Origin: Deltaproteobacteria bacterium
GTDB taxonomy: Bacteria; Myxococcota_A; UBA9160; SZUA-336
Length of the DNA: 64,000 nt
Reading direction: 5' to 3'
NCBI GenBank assembly: GCA_016875225.1
Contig: VGRW01000005.1
Coordinates: 2,936 to 66,935, forward strand
In this document: positions 40,025 to 54,684 of the stretch, one piece after another
Numbering within the stretch: the first letter of the stretch is position 1
Layout: every line of letters starts with the position of its first letter
Translations under genes and position numbers: made by a program
The notes under the pieces: generated by a model
The model's database searches: none
What the model was told of the DNA's origin: nothing
What the model saw: only the letters and a program-made list of their open reading frames with translations

Positions 40025-40516
40025 TCAAGCACCCTGCGCGCGAGAGAGCACCCAGGCCGCGCGTCCGAGCATGCGCGCCTGGACTCGCCCGAGCAGCCGA
40101 TTCAGGGCATGCCCGCGCGGCAGGAAGCGGATCGGCGGCCTGCGCCGGATGCCGAGATCGGCGAGGCGCTTGTGCACCGACGCGTTTTCGGGATCCACCA
40201 TCAGCGCCCTGCGCAGGAAGCGGATCGCGTCGGCCTTGAAGTCGAACGCCAGATAGATGCGGGCGAGGTTCTGATAGAGGTCCGGGTTGTAGAACTCCTG
40301 CCGCACCGCGGCACGCGCCAGCTCCACCCCGCCGAGGAACTGACCGCGCACGAGCGCGAGCGCGAGCGCATACGAGGAGCGGAAGCGCGCGTTCTGCGGG
40401 TCGATCAGATAGGCGCGAGAGAGGTGCTCGAACGCCTCGTGGCCGTGACCGGCCTCGAGAAGCGCGAAGCCGCGGCGATGGTGTTCTTCGGGCGTGAACT
40501 CGGTCTTCTGCTGCAT
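40025..40516 (-). CDS. small TPR-repeat protein
   Basis: 163 aa: MQQKTEFTPEEHHRRGFALLEAGHGHEAFEHLSRAYLIDPQNA...YQNLARIYLAFDFKADAIRFLRRALMVDPENA (TPR-like helices). It is the C-terminal in-frame tail of a longer junk ORF. ATG at 40516 with AGGTGG upstream. Confidence 0.7.
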   Translation of the reverse strand: MQQKTEFTPEEHHRRGFALLEAGHGHEAFEHLSRAYLIDPQNARFRSSYALALALVRGQFLGGVELARAAVRQEFYNPDLYQNLARIYLAFDFKADAIRFLRRALMVDPENASVHKRLADLGIRRRPPIRFLPRGHALNRLLGRVQARMLGRAAWVLSRAQGA

Positions 40517-40620
40517 GGGGTCTGCCACCTGTTCCCTTCTGCCCCCCTGAGCGCCCTTATCGGCCGCGGGAGCCGCCAGATGAGTGGCGCAAGCGACGCC
40601 GCGAACGCGGCCAGGGCTGC

Positions 40621-42357
40621 CTACGCGCGAAGAGGCAGGCGCACCACGAACTCGACCGTTCCGGCGAAGGGAAGCTCCGCCCAGGCGCGGCCGCCGTGCA
40701 GCTCGGCGATCGCGCGGACCAGGTTCAGCCCCAGCCCGACACCGCCATACTTCCTGGAGTACGAGCCATCGCGTTGCACGAAGCGCGCGAAGATCCGTTC
40801 GAGATCCTGCGGGCCGAGCTCGTGGGACGGATTGCGCACGCGAAGTTCGACGGCTTGGTCGTCGTGACCGGTGGAGACCCTCACCCGCGCGCCTCGCTGG
40901 CTGAACTTCAGCGAGTTCTCCAGCAGGTTCAGGACCACCTGCTTGATCCGGTCCGGGTCGAGCTCGGCGAGCGGCAAGGCGGGGTCGAGCGCCAGATCGA
41001 CCGCGAAGCCCGCCTCGTCGAGTCTCGGCTTCAGGATCTGAAGGCATTCGTGGACGATCGCTCCGAGCGCGGCCGGCCGTCGCGCGAGCGCGACACCGCC
41101 TGCCTCGATGTTCGAGAGCTCGAGCAGGCCGCGGATCAGCTCGGTCATGCGGGAAGCCTCGCGCTCGACCAGGCCGAGAAACTCCGCACGCTGGACGGTG
41201 GAGAGCCGCGCTCCCCCGGCGATCTCGGCCGCGACGTCCCTGCGAAGCAGCGTCGCGAATCCCTTGATGCTGGTGAGCGGCGTCGTGAGCTCGTGGCTGA
41301 CGTTGGCGAGGAACTCGGATTTCATCCGATCGGAGTCCACGATCCGCTCGTTCTGCAGTCGCAGCTGCTCGTTGCGCTCGCCGAGCTCTCGCTCCAGACG
41401 CAGCCGCTCCGTCACGTCGCGCGCGATGCACACCAGCGAGTTCGAGCTCGCGGAGACGCGAGCCGAGACCTCGATCGTCGCCGATCCGCTGCGCGTGCGC
41501 GCCTCGAGGCGGATGCCGCTCAGCGCGCCGACCTCGAAGAGCCGCGGCACCAGCTGCCGGATCACGTCCCACGAGGCATCGTCGAGCAGCCCCTGCACGG
41601 ACTGTCCGCGCAGCTCGGCGAGGCTCATCGAGGTGAAGCGCAGCGCGGCGCGGTTCGCGTCCAGAACCATCAGCTGGCGATCGAAGACCAGGATGATGTC
41701 CGGCACTTCGTCCATGAAACGGCGGACGCGCTGCAGGTCGTGCAGGTCGGCGACCCCGTCGCTTGGCTCCGTACCTCCTCGCTCGACCGCTTCGCGTCCT
41801 TCGAGCTCGGCTTGCAGCAGGCTCGCCTCGCGCAGCGCACGCTCGTGTCGAACGTCGCGACAGGGAATCCAGCCCTTCACTTCGAAACAGCAGCGACTGC
41901 CGCCGTCGCTGCTGCACTCGACCTGAGAGACCACCACCGGCTCCTCGCCGGAGCAGCTCGACAGGAGCGAGCGCATGGCGCCGAGACGGAACTCGCACTC
42001 GCTGACCTCGGTCGGGAAGCCGGGCTCGTTGGTCCAGAACAGTCGCGCGTCGCGCTCTCCAGAGCGGACCTCCACGCTCGAGTGCCGGTCGAGGAACCGC
42101 GCCCAGATCGGGAGTTCGGCCAGGAGGACGCTGGGATCCTGAGCGAGCTCGGCGAACGCCCGCAGCCAGGGCTCGGCGACCTCCCAGACGCGCATGCCTG
42201 CGGTGAACGCGTTGTCGCGCTCCGCGAAGATCTCGAGCAGCTCCGCGCGCGGGATCCAGAGCGCCCGAACCGCGCGCTCTTCGACGCTTGGCGCGCCCGT
42301 GACCCCGCCCTTGATCGCGACCTGGAACAGCGCACTGCGACGAGCGCGCTCGCTCAC
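40621..42357 (-). CDS. cytoplasmic sensor histidine kinase with N-terminal Cys-rich V4R-like domain and PAS domain
   Basis: N-terminal EVSECEFRLGAMRSLLSSCSGEEPVVVSQVECSSDGGSRCCFEVKGW (4-vinyl-reductase-like). PAS region. Intact H box ANVSHELTTPLTSIKG. HATPase N/G boxes LLENSLKFS, GGVGLGLNLV. Confidence 0.9.
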   Translation of the reverse strand: MSERARRSALFQVAIKGGVTGAPSVEERAVRALWIPRAELLEIFAERDNAFTAGMRVWEVAEPWLRAFAELAQDPSVLLAELPIWARFLDRHSSVEVRSGERDARLFWTNEPGFPTEVSECEFRLGAMRSLLSSCSGEEPVVVSQVECSSDGGSRCCFEVKGWIPCRDVRHERALREASLLQAELEGREAVERGGTEPSDGVADLHDLQRVRRFMDEVPDIILVFDRQLMVLDANRAALRFTSMSLAELRGQSVQGLLDDASWDVIRQLVPRLFEVGALSGIRLEARTRSGSATIEVSARVSASSNSLVCIARDVTERLRLERELGERNEQLRLQNERIVDSDRMKSEFLANVSHELTTPLTSIKGFATLLRRDVAAEIAGGARLSTVQRAEFLGLVEREASRMTELIRGLLELSNIEAGGVALARRPAALGAIVHECLQILKPRLDEAGFAVDLALDPALPLAELDPDRIKQVVLNLLENSLKFSQRGARVRVSTGHDDQAVELRVRNPSHELGPQDLERIFARFVQRDGSYSRKYGGVGLGLNLVRAIAELHGGRAWAELPFAGTVEFVVRLPLRA

Positions 42358-42377
42358 CGTGGCCGCGATTCCCGGGC

Positions 42378-42611
42378 TCAGTTCTCGATGATCTCGAGGA
42401 TGTACCGCTTGTTCTCCTTGCCGCTCGCGGCCGCGAGGATGGTGCGTATCGCGGACGCGTGCGCGCCGCCCTTGCCGATCACCTTGCCGAGATCCTCTTT
42501 GGCGACCGAAAGCTCGATCACATAGGCATGGTTTCCCTTGATCTCGCTGATCTGCACGGCCTCCGGCCGGTCCACGAGAGCCTTCACGATCATCTCGACC
42601 AGCTCTTTCAT
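42378..42611 (-). CDS. khpA: KH-domain RNA-binding protein (KhpA / UPF0109 family)
   Basis: 77 aa: MKELVEMIVKALVDRPEAVQISEIKGNHAYVIELSVAKEDLGKVIGKGGAHASAIRTIL with GxxG loop. AGGAG sits 7 nt upstream of the ATG at 42611. Confidence 0.8.
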   Translation of the reverse strand: MKELVEMIVKALVDRPEAVQISEIKGNHAYVIELSVAKEDLGKVIGKGGAHASAIRTILAAASGKENKRYILEIIEN

Positions 42612-42735
42612 GTCCAACTCCTGAACCGAACCGAAGGCGACCGGCAGGTGATTCGGGTGAGCGACGCGATTCAGTGTCTCACCCCGTTCGGAAAGGGTCA
42701 ACCATGCAACTCCACGGAGAAGCGCTCGAACCGCT

Positions 42736-43350
42736 TCAGCTACCCGCTTTCGTGTAGCCGGCGTTCGCCAGGTAGCGGAACACGTACTTGCCGAGCACGT
42801 CGAGCTCGAGGTTCACGGCCATCCCCGGCTCGAGCCGTCCCAGGGTCGTCGCGGCGAGCGTGTGCGGGATCAGCGCCACGGAGAAGCCGCGCTCGTCCGG
42901 ATCGACCACCGTGAGCGAGACTCCCTCGACCGCAACCGACCCCTTGGGAACGATCTGCAGCGCCAGATCCGTCGGGCAGTCGATCCGCACCAGGCGATCG
43001 GCGCCCTCCCGCTGCACGGAGCAGATGGCGCCCGTGCCATCGACGTGCCCCTGGACGATGTGCCCATCGAGGCGGGCATCGGCGCGCATCGCGCGCTCGA
43101 GATTCACTTCGTCCCCCGCCCTTCTCGCTCCGAGCGACGTGCGCCGGAGCGTCTCTGGCACCGCGTGAAACGAGAGTCTCGCCCCGCGGATCTCGACCAC
43201 GGTGAGACAGCAGCCCGAGATCGCGATGCTGTCCCCGAGCTTGACCTCGCTCGCCAGATCCGCGCCGGCCTCGATCTCGAGCTCCGCGCGTCCGGCGGCG
43301 GGCTCGACCCGCAGAATCCTCGCGACCCTCTCGACGATCCCCGTGAACAC
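42736..43350 (-). CDS. ribE: riboflavin synthase (alpha chain)
   Basis: MFTGIVE...GDSIAISGCCLTV / second lumazine-binding repeat HIVQGHVDGTG...GSVAVEGVSLTV. 204 aa. Confidence 0.92.
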   Translation of the reverse strand: MFTGIVERVARILRVEPAAGRAELEIEAGADLASEVKLGDSIAISGCCLTVVEIRGARLSFHAVPETLRRTSLGARRAGDEVNLERAMRADARLDGHIVQGHVDGTGAICSVQREGADRLVRIDCPTDLALQIVPKGSVAVEGVSLTVVDPDERGFSVALIPHTLAATTLGRLEPGMAVNLELDVLGKYVFRYLANAGYTKAGS

Positions 43351-43359
43351 CGGCTCGCC

Positions 43360-44316
<957 letters not shown>

Positions 44317-44336
44317 GTCCTGTTTCCCCTTGTCCT

Positions 44337-45689
44337 CTAGAAGCGCTTTTCGATCTGCCGGTAGATCTCGCTTCGCACCGCGTCGTAGCGCGCTGGAAGC
44401 ACGATCGGAGGGTTTGCCAGTCCCGAGTCTATTCCCGCGAGGATCGACTGGTGATAGCGAACCTTGAAATCGGTGAACTTGAGACCGTGCGCGGTCGAGA
44501 CGACCACCACGCGCTCGTCCTTCCGGATCTGCCCGCGCCCGAGCAGCTTCTTCAGCGCCGCGAGCGCCACTGCGGTGTGGGGACAGGTGAAGAGACCGGT
44601 GAGATCCGCCTCGGCCGCGGCCGCGGCGATCTCGTTCTCGGACGCCTGCTCGACGATCCCGTCGAAGCGCCGCAGCGTCGCCACCGCGCGGTCGAACGAG
44701 ACGGGATTGCCGATCTGGATCGCCGACGCGAGCGTCGGCCGCGCCTGCATGGGCTCGAACTTCTCGAAGCCGCCCAGGTAGCTCTGGTAGAGCGGATTGG
44801 CGTTCTCGGCCTGGGCGCAGCAGATGCGCGGCAGCCGGTCGATGATGCCGAGCTCGAGCCACTCGAGCAGTCCCTTGCCGAGCGCCGAGACGTTGCCGAG
44901 GTTGCCGCCCGGAATCACGATCCAGTCGGGAACCTCCCAGTCGAACTGCTGAACGATCTCCATCCCCAGCGTCTTCTGCCCCTCGATGCGCAGGCTGTTC
45001 ATCGAGTTGGCCAGGTAGATTCCGTCGCGCTCCGCGATCTGCTTCACGATCGCCATGCATCCGTCGAAGTCGGTCTCGAGCGAGAGCGTGATCGCGCCGT
45101 TCGCGAGCGGCTGCACCAGCTGGGCGATCGACACCTTGTCCTTCGGGAGCAGCACGATCGCGGGAATTCCGGCGTACGCCGCGTAGGCGGAGAGCGCGGC
45201 CGAGGTGTCACCGGTCGAAGCGCACGCGACCGCGCGCACGTCCTTGCCGGTCTTGATCATCTGGTTCACGACCGAGACCAGCACGGTCATGCCCAGGTCC
45301 TTGAAGCTGCCGGTGTGCGTGTTGCCGCACAGCTTCACCCAGAGGTCCTCGATGCCGAGCTTCGCGCCGAGTCGCTTGGCCCAGAACAGATTGGTGTGCC
45401 CCTCGAACATCGAGACCACGTTGTCCTGGTCGACGGTCGGGCAGATCAGCTCCGATTTGCCCCAGACGCCGGAGCCGTACGGCCACTCGGTGCTGTGGGA
45501 GCGGGTGTCGAAGAGCTTCATCCACTTCTGCGGCGGAGTGCGCTTGAGCCGCTCCATGTCGTGCTGCACCGTGAGCAGGCCCTCGCAGTGCGGGCAGCGG
45601 TAGATCACCTCGGTGAGCTCCCAGCGCCCCGCGCAGCCGCGCGCGCACTCGAACCAGGCGTCGTACTTGGGCGAGCGCTTCGGCGGCAT
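44337..45689 (-). CDS. thrC: threonine synthase
   Basis: ATG at 45689 gives 450 aa: PLP Lys region [27 protein letters not shown]. hom-thrC adjacency. Confidence 0.93.
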   Translation of the reverse strand: MPPKRSPKYDAWFECARGCAGRWELTEVIYRCPHCEGLLTVQHDMERLKRTPPQKWMKLFDTRSHSTEWPYGSGVWGKSELICPTVDQDNVVSMFEGHTNLFWAKRLGAKLGIEDLWVKLCGNTHTGSFKDLGMTVLVSVVNQMIKTGKDVRAVACASTGDTSAALSAYAAYAGIPAIVLLPKDKVSIAQLVQPLANGAITLSLETDFDGCMAIVKQIAERDGIYLANSMNSLRIEGQKTLGMEIVQQFDWEVPDWIVIPGGNLGNVSALGKGLLEWLELGIIDRLPRICCAQAENANPLYQSYLGGFEKFEPMQARPTLASAIQIGNPVSFDRAVATLRRFDGIVEQASENEIAAAAAEADLTGLFTCPHTAVALAALKKLLGRGQIRKDERVVVVSTAHGLKFTDFKVRYHQSILAGIDSGLANPPIVLPARYDAVRSEIYRQIEKRF

Positions 45690-45691
45690 CT

Positions 45692-46999
45692 CTACAGCTC
45701 CCGTTCGATCCGGATCGACTGCGCGGGCGCGACCACTTCGCGCATCCGCGCGATCTCGCCGAGCGCCGCGTCGAGATCGGCCTGGCGCGATTCGTGGGTG
45801 GTGATCACGATCGGCACCGCGCGAGACTCGTGTCGCTCCTCCTGCAGGACGCTCGCGATGCTGATGCCGCGCGCGCCGAGCGCTCCGGTGATGCGCGAGA
45901 GCACCCCGGGCGAGTCGTGCGCGGTGAAGCGCACGTAGAACTCGCCCCGCTGGTCGCCAGGCGCGCAGAGCGCGGCCATGCCCGGCTCGGGCGTGCCGAA
46001 CGGCGGCACTCGCCCCGAGGCTCCGCTGCGCCGAGCGCGCGCGAGCTCCATCAGATCTGCGAGCACGGCGCTCGCGGTCGGCGCGGCGCCCGCGCCCGCG
46101 CCGTAGTACAGCGTCGGCCCCGAGAGCTCTCCGCGCACCTCGATCGCGTTCATCGAGCCGTCGACGCCGGCCAGCACGCTCTTGCGCGGGATCATCGTCG
46201 GGTGCACGCGCGCCTGGATTCCGTGCGCGTTTCGCTTGGCGACGGAGAGCAGCTTCACGCGGAAGCCGATCCGGCTGGCGTACTCGATGTCGGCCGGGAC
46301 GATGTGCCGGATGCCCTCGATCGGAAACGCCGTGGGTGCGAGGTAGACGCCGAACGCGAGCCCGGCGAGGATCGATAGCTTGTTCGCCGAATCGATTCCG
46401 TCGATGTCCGAGCTGGGATCGGCCTCGGCGTAGCCGAGATCCTGCGCGCGCTTCAGACAGGCCTCGTACGGCTCGCCGGTCGCCTCCATCTCGGTGAGGA
46501 TGTAGTTGCAGGTTCCGTTCACGATCCCGTGCAATGCGAGCACGCGATCCGCGCACAGACCCTCGCGCAGCGCGCGTAGCACCGGGATCGTCCCGCCCAC
46601 GCTCGCCTCGAAAGCGATCTCGCTCCCTTTCGCGGCCGCGAGCGCGAAGACCTCGCGCCCGTGCTTTGCGAGCAGCGCCTTGTTCGCCGTGACGACGTGC
46701 TTGCCCGCGTCGAGCGCCGCGAGCACGAGCTCGCGCGCGACGCCGGTGCCGCCGACGAGCTCGACGATCAGATCGATCGATGGGTCGTCCACGATCTCGC
46801 GCCAGTCGCGCGAGAGCCGGTAGCCGCCGAGATCCACGCCGCGCTCGCGCTCGAGATCGACGTCCGCGATCCGGGCCAGCTCGAGCGGGAAGCCCAGCCG
46901 TTCGGCGATCAGCGCGCCGTGGGACTGGAGCGCGCGCACGACGCCGGTCCCGATCGTGCCCAGGCCCACCAGCCCCACGCGAATCGCCCGCTCAGCCAT
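45692..46999 (-). CDS. hom: homoserine dehydrogenase
   Basis: [13 protein letters not shown] (NAD-binding), [17 protein letters not shown]-terminal ACT domain. Confidence 0.93.
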   Translation of the reverse strand: MAERAIRVGLVGLGTIGTGVVRALQSHGALIAERLGFPLELARIADVDLERERGVDLGGYRLSRDWREIVDDPSIDLIVELVGGTGVARELVLAALDAGKHVVTANKALLAKHGREVFALAAAKGSEIAFEASVGGTIPVLRALREGLCADRVLALHGIVNGTCNYILTEMEATGEPYEACLKRAQDLGYAEADPSSDIDGIDSANKLSILAGLAFGVYLAPTAFPIEGIRHIVPADIEYASRIGFRVKLLSVAKRNAHGIQARVHPTMIPRKSVLAGVDGSMNAIEVRGELSGPTLYYGAGAGAAPTASAVLADLMELARARRSGASGRVPPFGTPEPGMAALCAPGDQRGEFYVRFTAHDSPGVLSRITGALGARGISIASVLQEERHESRAVPIVITTHESRQADLDAALGEIARMREVVAPAQSIRIEREL

Positions 47000-48170
47000 C
47001 GCGCAGGAGCCGCCTCATGTTGCGCACCGCCTGACGGATGCGGTGCGTGTTCTCGACCAGCGCGAAGCGCACGAAGCCCTCTCCCGCGGGGCCGAAGCCG
47101 ATTCCGGGCGCGACAGCGACGTCGGCCTTCTCCAGCAGGAGCTTCGAGAACTCGAGCGACCCGAGCGCGGCATGGCGCTCCAGCAGAGGCGCCCAGACGA
47201 ACATGGTCCCGAGCGGCTTCTCGATCTTCCAGCCCGCCTGATCGAGGCCGTCGACCAGCGCGTTGCGGCGCTCCCGGTAGTCCTCGACGATCTCGGCGAC
47301 GAAATCCTGCGGGCCGTCGAGCGCGACGATCGTGGCGATCTGGATCGGCTGGAAGGTTCCGTAGTCGAGGTAGCTCTTCACGCGCGAGAGCATGCGCACG
47401 TACTCCTCGTTTCCCGCGCCGAACCCGACCCGCCAGCCGGCCATCGCGTGCGACTTCGAGAGCGACGTGAACTCGATCGTGCAGTCGAGCGCTCCCGGCA
47501 CCTGCAGCGCGCTCGGCGGCCGGTAGCCGTCGTAGCAGATCTCTGCGTAGGCCAGGTCGTGCACGAAGATCAGGTCGTGACGCCGGCAGAAATCGACCAG
47601 CCGCGCCAGGAACGGCAGGTCGACCGTCGCGGTGGTCGGGTTGTGGGGGAACGAGGCGATCATCATCTTGGGCCGCGGCCAGCTGGCCTGCGTGGCCTCC
47701 TCGAGGCGCTCGATCAGGCCGTCGAGCGGGAGCAGCGGCACGCGCCGGATGTCGCCGCCCGCGATCAGCACCGAGAAGCTGTGGATCGGGTAGCAGGGAT
47801 CTGGACACAGAACCGTGTCGCCACGCGAGATCGCCGCCAGCACGAAGTGGGAAAGCCCCTCCTTGGCGCCGATCGTCGAGATCACCTGCGTCTCGGGATC
47901 GAGTTCGACCGAGAAGTTCCGCGCGTACCAGCGACTCATGGCGCGGCGCAGGTTGGGCAGGCCGCGCGAGGCGGAATAGTGGTGGTTCCGCGGGTCGCGG
48001 GCGGCCTCGACCAGCTTCTCGACCACGTGCGCCGGCGCGCCGTGGTTGGGGTTTCCGAACCCGAGATCGACGACGTCCTCGCCGGCGCGGCGCGCCTTCA
48101 GCTTCAGGTCGTTCACGATCGCCAGTACGTACGGCGGCAGTCGGTCGAGCTTCTCGAACTTCGTCATCAC
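46992..48170 (-). CDS. PLP-dependent aminotransferase class I/II (AlaT/AspC-like)
   Basis: 392 aa: HHYSASRGLPNLRRA, FPHNPTTAT, SLSKSHAMAGWRVGF (PLP Lys). Confidence 0.9.
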   Translation of the reverse strand: MMTKFEKLDRLPPYVLAIVNDLKLKARRAGEDVVDLGFGNPNHGAPAHVVEKLVEAARDPRNHHYSASRGLPNLRRAMSRWYARNFSVELDPETQVISTIGAKEGLSHFVLAAISRGDTVLCPDPCYPIHSFSVLIAGGDIRRVPLLPLDGLIERLEEATQASWPRPKMMIASFPHNPTTATVDLPFLARLVDFCRRHDLIFVHDLAYAEICYDGYRPPSALQVPGALDCTIEFTSLSKSHAMAGWRVGFGAGNEEYVRMLSRVKSYLDYGTFQPIQIATIVALDGPQDFVAEIVEDYRERRNALVDGLDQAGWKIEKPLGTMFVWAPLLERHAALGSLEFSKLLLEKADVAVAPGIGFGPAGEGFVRFALVENTHRIRQAVRNMRRLLRDG

Positions 48171-49087
48171 GGACCTTCGCGGGGGGAGAGTAGATCAACG
48201 AGCGTGTCGGCGCGGAACGAGCTGCGAACCAGCGGGCCGCTCTCGACGTGGCGGAAACCCAGACCGACGGCGAAGTCGCGAAGTTCCGCGAACTCGGCCG
48301 GCTCGAGGAAGCGCTGCACCGGAAGGTGGCGGAGCGTCGGTCGCAGATACTGGCCTAGCGTCAGGCAGTCCACGCCCACGTCGCGCAGATCCCGCATCAG
48401 CTCGACCAGCTCGCGGCGGGTCTCGCCGAGCCCGAGCATGACGCCGGACTTCGTGAGCAGATCCGGGCGCCGCTGCTTGATCCGCGCGAGAAGCGACAGC
48501 GAGCGCCGGTAGCGCGCGCCGATGCGCACGGTCGGATACAGGCGCGATACCGTCTCGAGATTGTGGTTGTAGACCTCCGGCGCGGCGTCGGCCACGCGAT
48601 CGATGCAAGACTCGTCGCCGCGGAAGTCCGGCGTCAGGACCTCGATGCTCGCCTCCGGCGAGAGCGCCCGAATCTCGCTGATCGTGTTTGCGAACTGATT
48701 CGAGCCCTGGTCGGGCAGATCGTCGCGATTCACGCTGGTCAACACCACATGGCGTAAGCCGAGCGCGCGCGACGCCTCGGCCACCCGGTGCGGCTCATCG
48801 GGATCGACCGGTCGGCCCAGCCCCGTCGCGACGTGGCAGAAGCGGCAGGCGCGCGTGCAGACGTCGCCGAGCAGCATGAACGTGACGGTCCCGCGGCCGA
48901 AGCAGTCCGACAGGTTCGGGCAGCGAGCTTCCTCGCAGACCGAGGCGAGGCCGCGCTCGCGCAGCATCCGCTTCATCGCGAACACCGCGGGCGTGGGCCG
49001 CGACACGCTCCGACAGTGCGGCGGCAGGCGCAGGGATGCCTTCGGCGAAAGCGCGGAGATGCGCGACTGGCCTAGGGAATCAGCCAT
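48167..49087 (-). CDS. lipA: lipoyl synthase (radical SAM)
   Basis: VCEEARCPNLSDCF (auxiliary cluster), CTRACRFC (radical-SAM CxxxCxxC), RSSF C-terminal motif. Confidence 0.93.
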   Translation of the reverse strand: MADSLGQSRISALSPKASLRLPPHCRSVSRPTPAVFAMKRMLRERGLASVCEEARCPNLSDCFGRGTVTFMLLGDVCTRACRFCHVATGLGRPVDPDEPHRVAEASRALGLRHVVLTSVNRDDLPDQGSNQFANTISEIRALSPEASIEVLTPDFRGDESCIDRVADAAPEVYNHNLETVSRLYPTVRIGARYRRSLSLLARIKQRRPDLLTKSGVMLGLGETRRELVELMRDLRDVGVDCLTLGQYLRPTLRHLPVQRFLEPAEFAELRDFAVGLGFRHVESGPLVRSSFRADTLVDLLSPREGP

Positions 49088-49144
49088 GGGCCGGCAGGAT
49101 ATTCGAGCCCGCGCGCCCCTGCCAGCGAGCGCGCGCGGACCGTC

Positions 49145-51490
49145 TCAGGCGACCGACCCCAGGACCAGCCGCGCACCCCAGCGGCGCTCGACCGCTGCTC
49201 GCAGCGCGGGCATCCGACGCAGCTCCGGATCGCCCTCGAGCAGGCTCGCCGCGGCGCGGCGCGCGGCCTCCAGCGTGTCGCCGTGGCGGACCAGATCGGC
49301 CATGCGCAGCTCCGGCAGGTGGCCCGCCTGCCGGGTTCCGAGCCATTCTCCCGCGCCGCGAATGCGCAGGTCCTCTTCGGCGATCTCGAAGCCGCTGTGG
49401 CTTCGCTCGAGGATCGCGAGCCGCTGCATGCCCTCGGCGGTGGTCGGATCGGCGATCAGGATCGCCTGCCCCGGCTTCTCGCCACGGCCCACCCGTCCGC
49501 GCAGCTGGTGGAGCTGCGCCAGCCCGAAGCGCTCCGCGTGCTGCACGATCAGCAGCGTCGCGTTCGGAACGTCCACTCCGACCTCGATCACGGTGGTCGC
49601 GACCAGGATCCGGACCCGCCCCTCGGCGAAGTCGGCCATCGCGCGCTGGCGCTCTCGCGCGTCCATGCGCCCGTGGATCAGCGCGGCCGGAACCCCGGGG
49701 AGCGCCTTGCCGATGCGCTCGAAGCCGCGCGTCGCGTCCTTCAGGTCCTGCTTCTCGGACTCGTCCACGAGCGGGTAGACGACGAAGGCCTGCTCGCCGC
49801 GGCGAAGCGTCTCGTGCAACGCGTCCATGACCGCGCGGCCGGCGGACGGCCCGACCAATCGCGTCGACACCGGCGCGCGCCCGGGCGGACGCTCGCGCAG
49901 GACGGAGTGCTCGAGGTCGCCGAAGACGGTGAGCGCGAGCGAGCGCGGGATCGGCGTCGCCGACATCGCGAGCAGGTGCGGAGTGCCCGCCTTTCGCGCC
50001 AGCGCCCTGCGCTGCTCGACGCCGAAGCGGTGCTGCTCGTCGATCACCGCCAGTCCGAGCCGAGGCAGCTCGACCGACTCCGAGAGCAGCGCGTGCGTGC
50101 CGACCACGACGTGCAGGGCGCCGTCTTCGAGCCAGCGCTCGAGCCGGCGGCGATCCCCGGCCGGAGTCGAGCCGGTCAACAGCGCGGTACGCAGCCCGAG
50201 CGCGCCGCCCAGTCGCGCGAAGCTGTGCAGGTGCTGCTCGGCCAGGATCTCGGTGGGTGCGAGCACCGCGGTGGTGCGGTCCGCTGCGTGGGCCGCCACG
50301 GCCGCAAGCAGTGCGAGCACCGTCTTGCCGCTTCCCACGTCGCCGATCAGCATGCGGTTCATCGGCGTCGAGCGCGCGAGGTCCGCGCGGATCTCCGCCC
50401 AGGCCCGGAGCTGATCCGCGGTGAGCGGAAACGGCAGCGCCGCGATCGCGCGCGCAGCGGCCTCGTCGTCGATCGGCAGCGCCGCGGTGTGCCGGCGCAA
50501 CAGCGCCCGCTTGCGCAGTCCCAGGCCGATCTGCAGCAGGTACAGCTCCTCCGCGACGAGCCGCAGGTGATAGGGCGTGCTGCGCTCGCGCAGCAGGTTC
50601 GGATCGAGCTGGGTTCCGGGCAGGTGGACCTCGCGAAGCGAGGCCCCGACGCCGGCGAGGCCGAGCTCGGCGACCGCGCTCGCGGGCAGGAATCCGTCCA
50701 CCAGGTCGGCCGCGCAGCGAACCGCGGACTCGACCACCCTGCGCAGGCTTCGCGGCGCGAGCCCCTCGACCGCGCTGTAGGTCGCGACGATCCGCGGCAG
50801 CTCGCCGACCGAAGTCTCCGCCGAGAGCGGCTCGACGTCGGGGTGGTGAAGCTCCTTCGCGTAGCGGAAGCGCCGGACCTCGCCCGCGACCAGCACGCGC
50901 GTGCCCGGAGCGAGGCGGTTCTCGAAGTGCGCGACCCCGCGGAACCACTTGAGCTGCACCGCGCCCGTTCCGTCCGAGACGATCGCCTCGAAGAAGCGGC
51001 GGCCGTTGCGAAGCGGGACGACACCGGATCGCGTCACGGTCCCGGCGAAGCACGCGAAGCGGCCGACCTCGAGCTTCTCGATGCTCGAGATCTCGCGCCG
51101 GTCTTCGTAGGCGCGCGGCAGGAAGAAGAGCAGATCCTCGACCGTCGCGATCTCTTTTCGCGCCAGCGCCTGCGCCGTCTTCGGACCGACTCCGGGCACT
51201 CGCGAGGCGGGCTGCGCCAGCATCCGCGCGGGGAACTCCGGGTCGAGAAGCGGCGCCAGGCGCTTTGCGATCCAGGCGAGCCCCGCGGGATCGGCGCCGC
51301 CCTCGAGCCGCTCTGCCGCCTCGCAGAGGCGCTTCCTCGCCTCCGGCGGGATCCAGAGCTGCGAAGCCGCGAGCAGCGCAGCGCGCAGCGTCCCTTGGAG
51401 ATCGTGGACGCTGGCCGCCGCCTCGTCGCCGCGCAGCGCGAACGACAGCGGTCGGCGGATCGCGTCGGCGGCTTCGCGGAAGCTCGTCAT
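49145..51490 (-). CDS. recG: ATP-dependent DNA helicase RecG
   Basis: 781 aa: wedge domain, Walker A GDVGSGKT, DEQHRFGV, VATTVIEVGVDVPNATLLIV, QLRGRVGRG. Confidence 0.95.
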   Translation of the reverse strand: MTSFREAADAIRRPLSFALRGDEAAASVHDLQGTLRAALLAASQLWIPPEARKRLCEAAERLEGGADPAGLAWIAKRLAPLLDPEFPARMLAQPASRVPGVGPKTAQALARKEIATVEDLLFFLPRAYEDRREISSIEKLEVGRFACFAGTVTRSGVVPLRNGRRFFEAIVSDGTGAVQLKWFRGVAHFENRLAPGTRVLVAGEVRRFRYAKELHHPDVEPLSAETSVGELPRIVATYSAVEGLAPRSLRRVVESAVRCAADLVDGFLPASAVAELGLAGVGASLREVHLPGTQLDPNLLRERSTPYHLRLVAEELYLLQIGLGLRKRALLRRHTAALPIDDEAAARAIAALPFPLTADQLRAWAEIRADLARSTPMNRMLIGDVGSGKTVLALLAAVAAHAADRTTAVLAPTEILAEQHLHSFARLGGALGLRTALLTGSTPAGDRRRLERWLEDGALHVVVGTHALLSESVELPRLGLAVIDEQHRFGVEQRRALARKAGTPHLLAMSATPIPRSLALTVFGDLEHSVLRERPPGRAPVSTRLVGPSAGRAVMDALHETLRRGEQAFVVYPLVDESEKQDLKDATRGFERIGKALPGVPAALIHGRMDARERQRAMADFAEGRVRILVATTVIEVGVDVPNATLLIVQHAERFGLAQLHQLRGRVGRGEKPGQAILIADPTTAEGMQRLAILERSHSGFEIAEEDLRIRGAGEWLGTRQAGHLPELRMADLVRHGDTLEAARRAAASLLEGDPELRRMPALRAAVERRWGARLVLGSVA

Positions 51491-51492
51491 CG

Positions 51493-54676
<3,184 letters not shown>

Positions 54677-54684
<8 letters not shown>

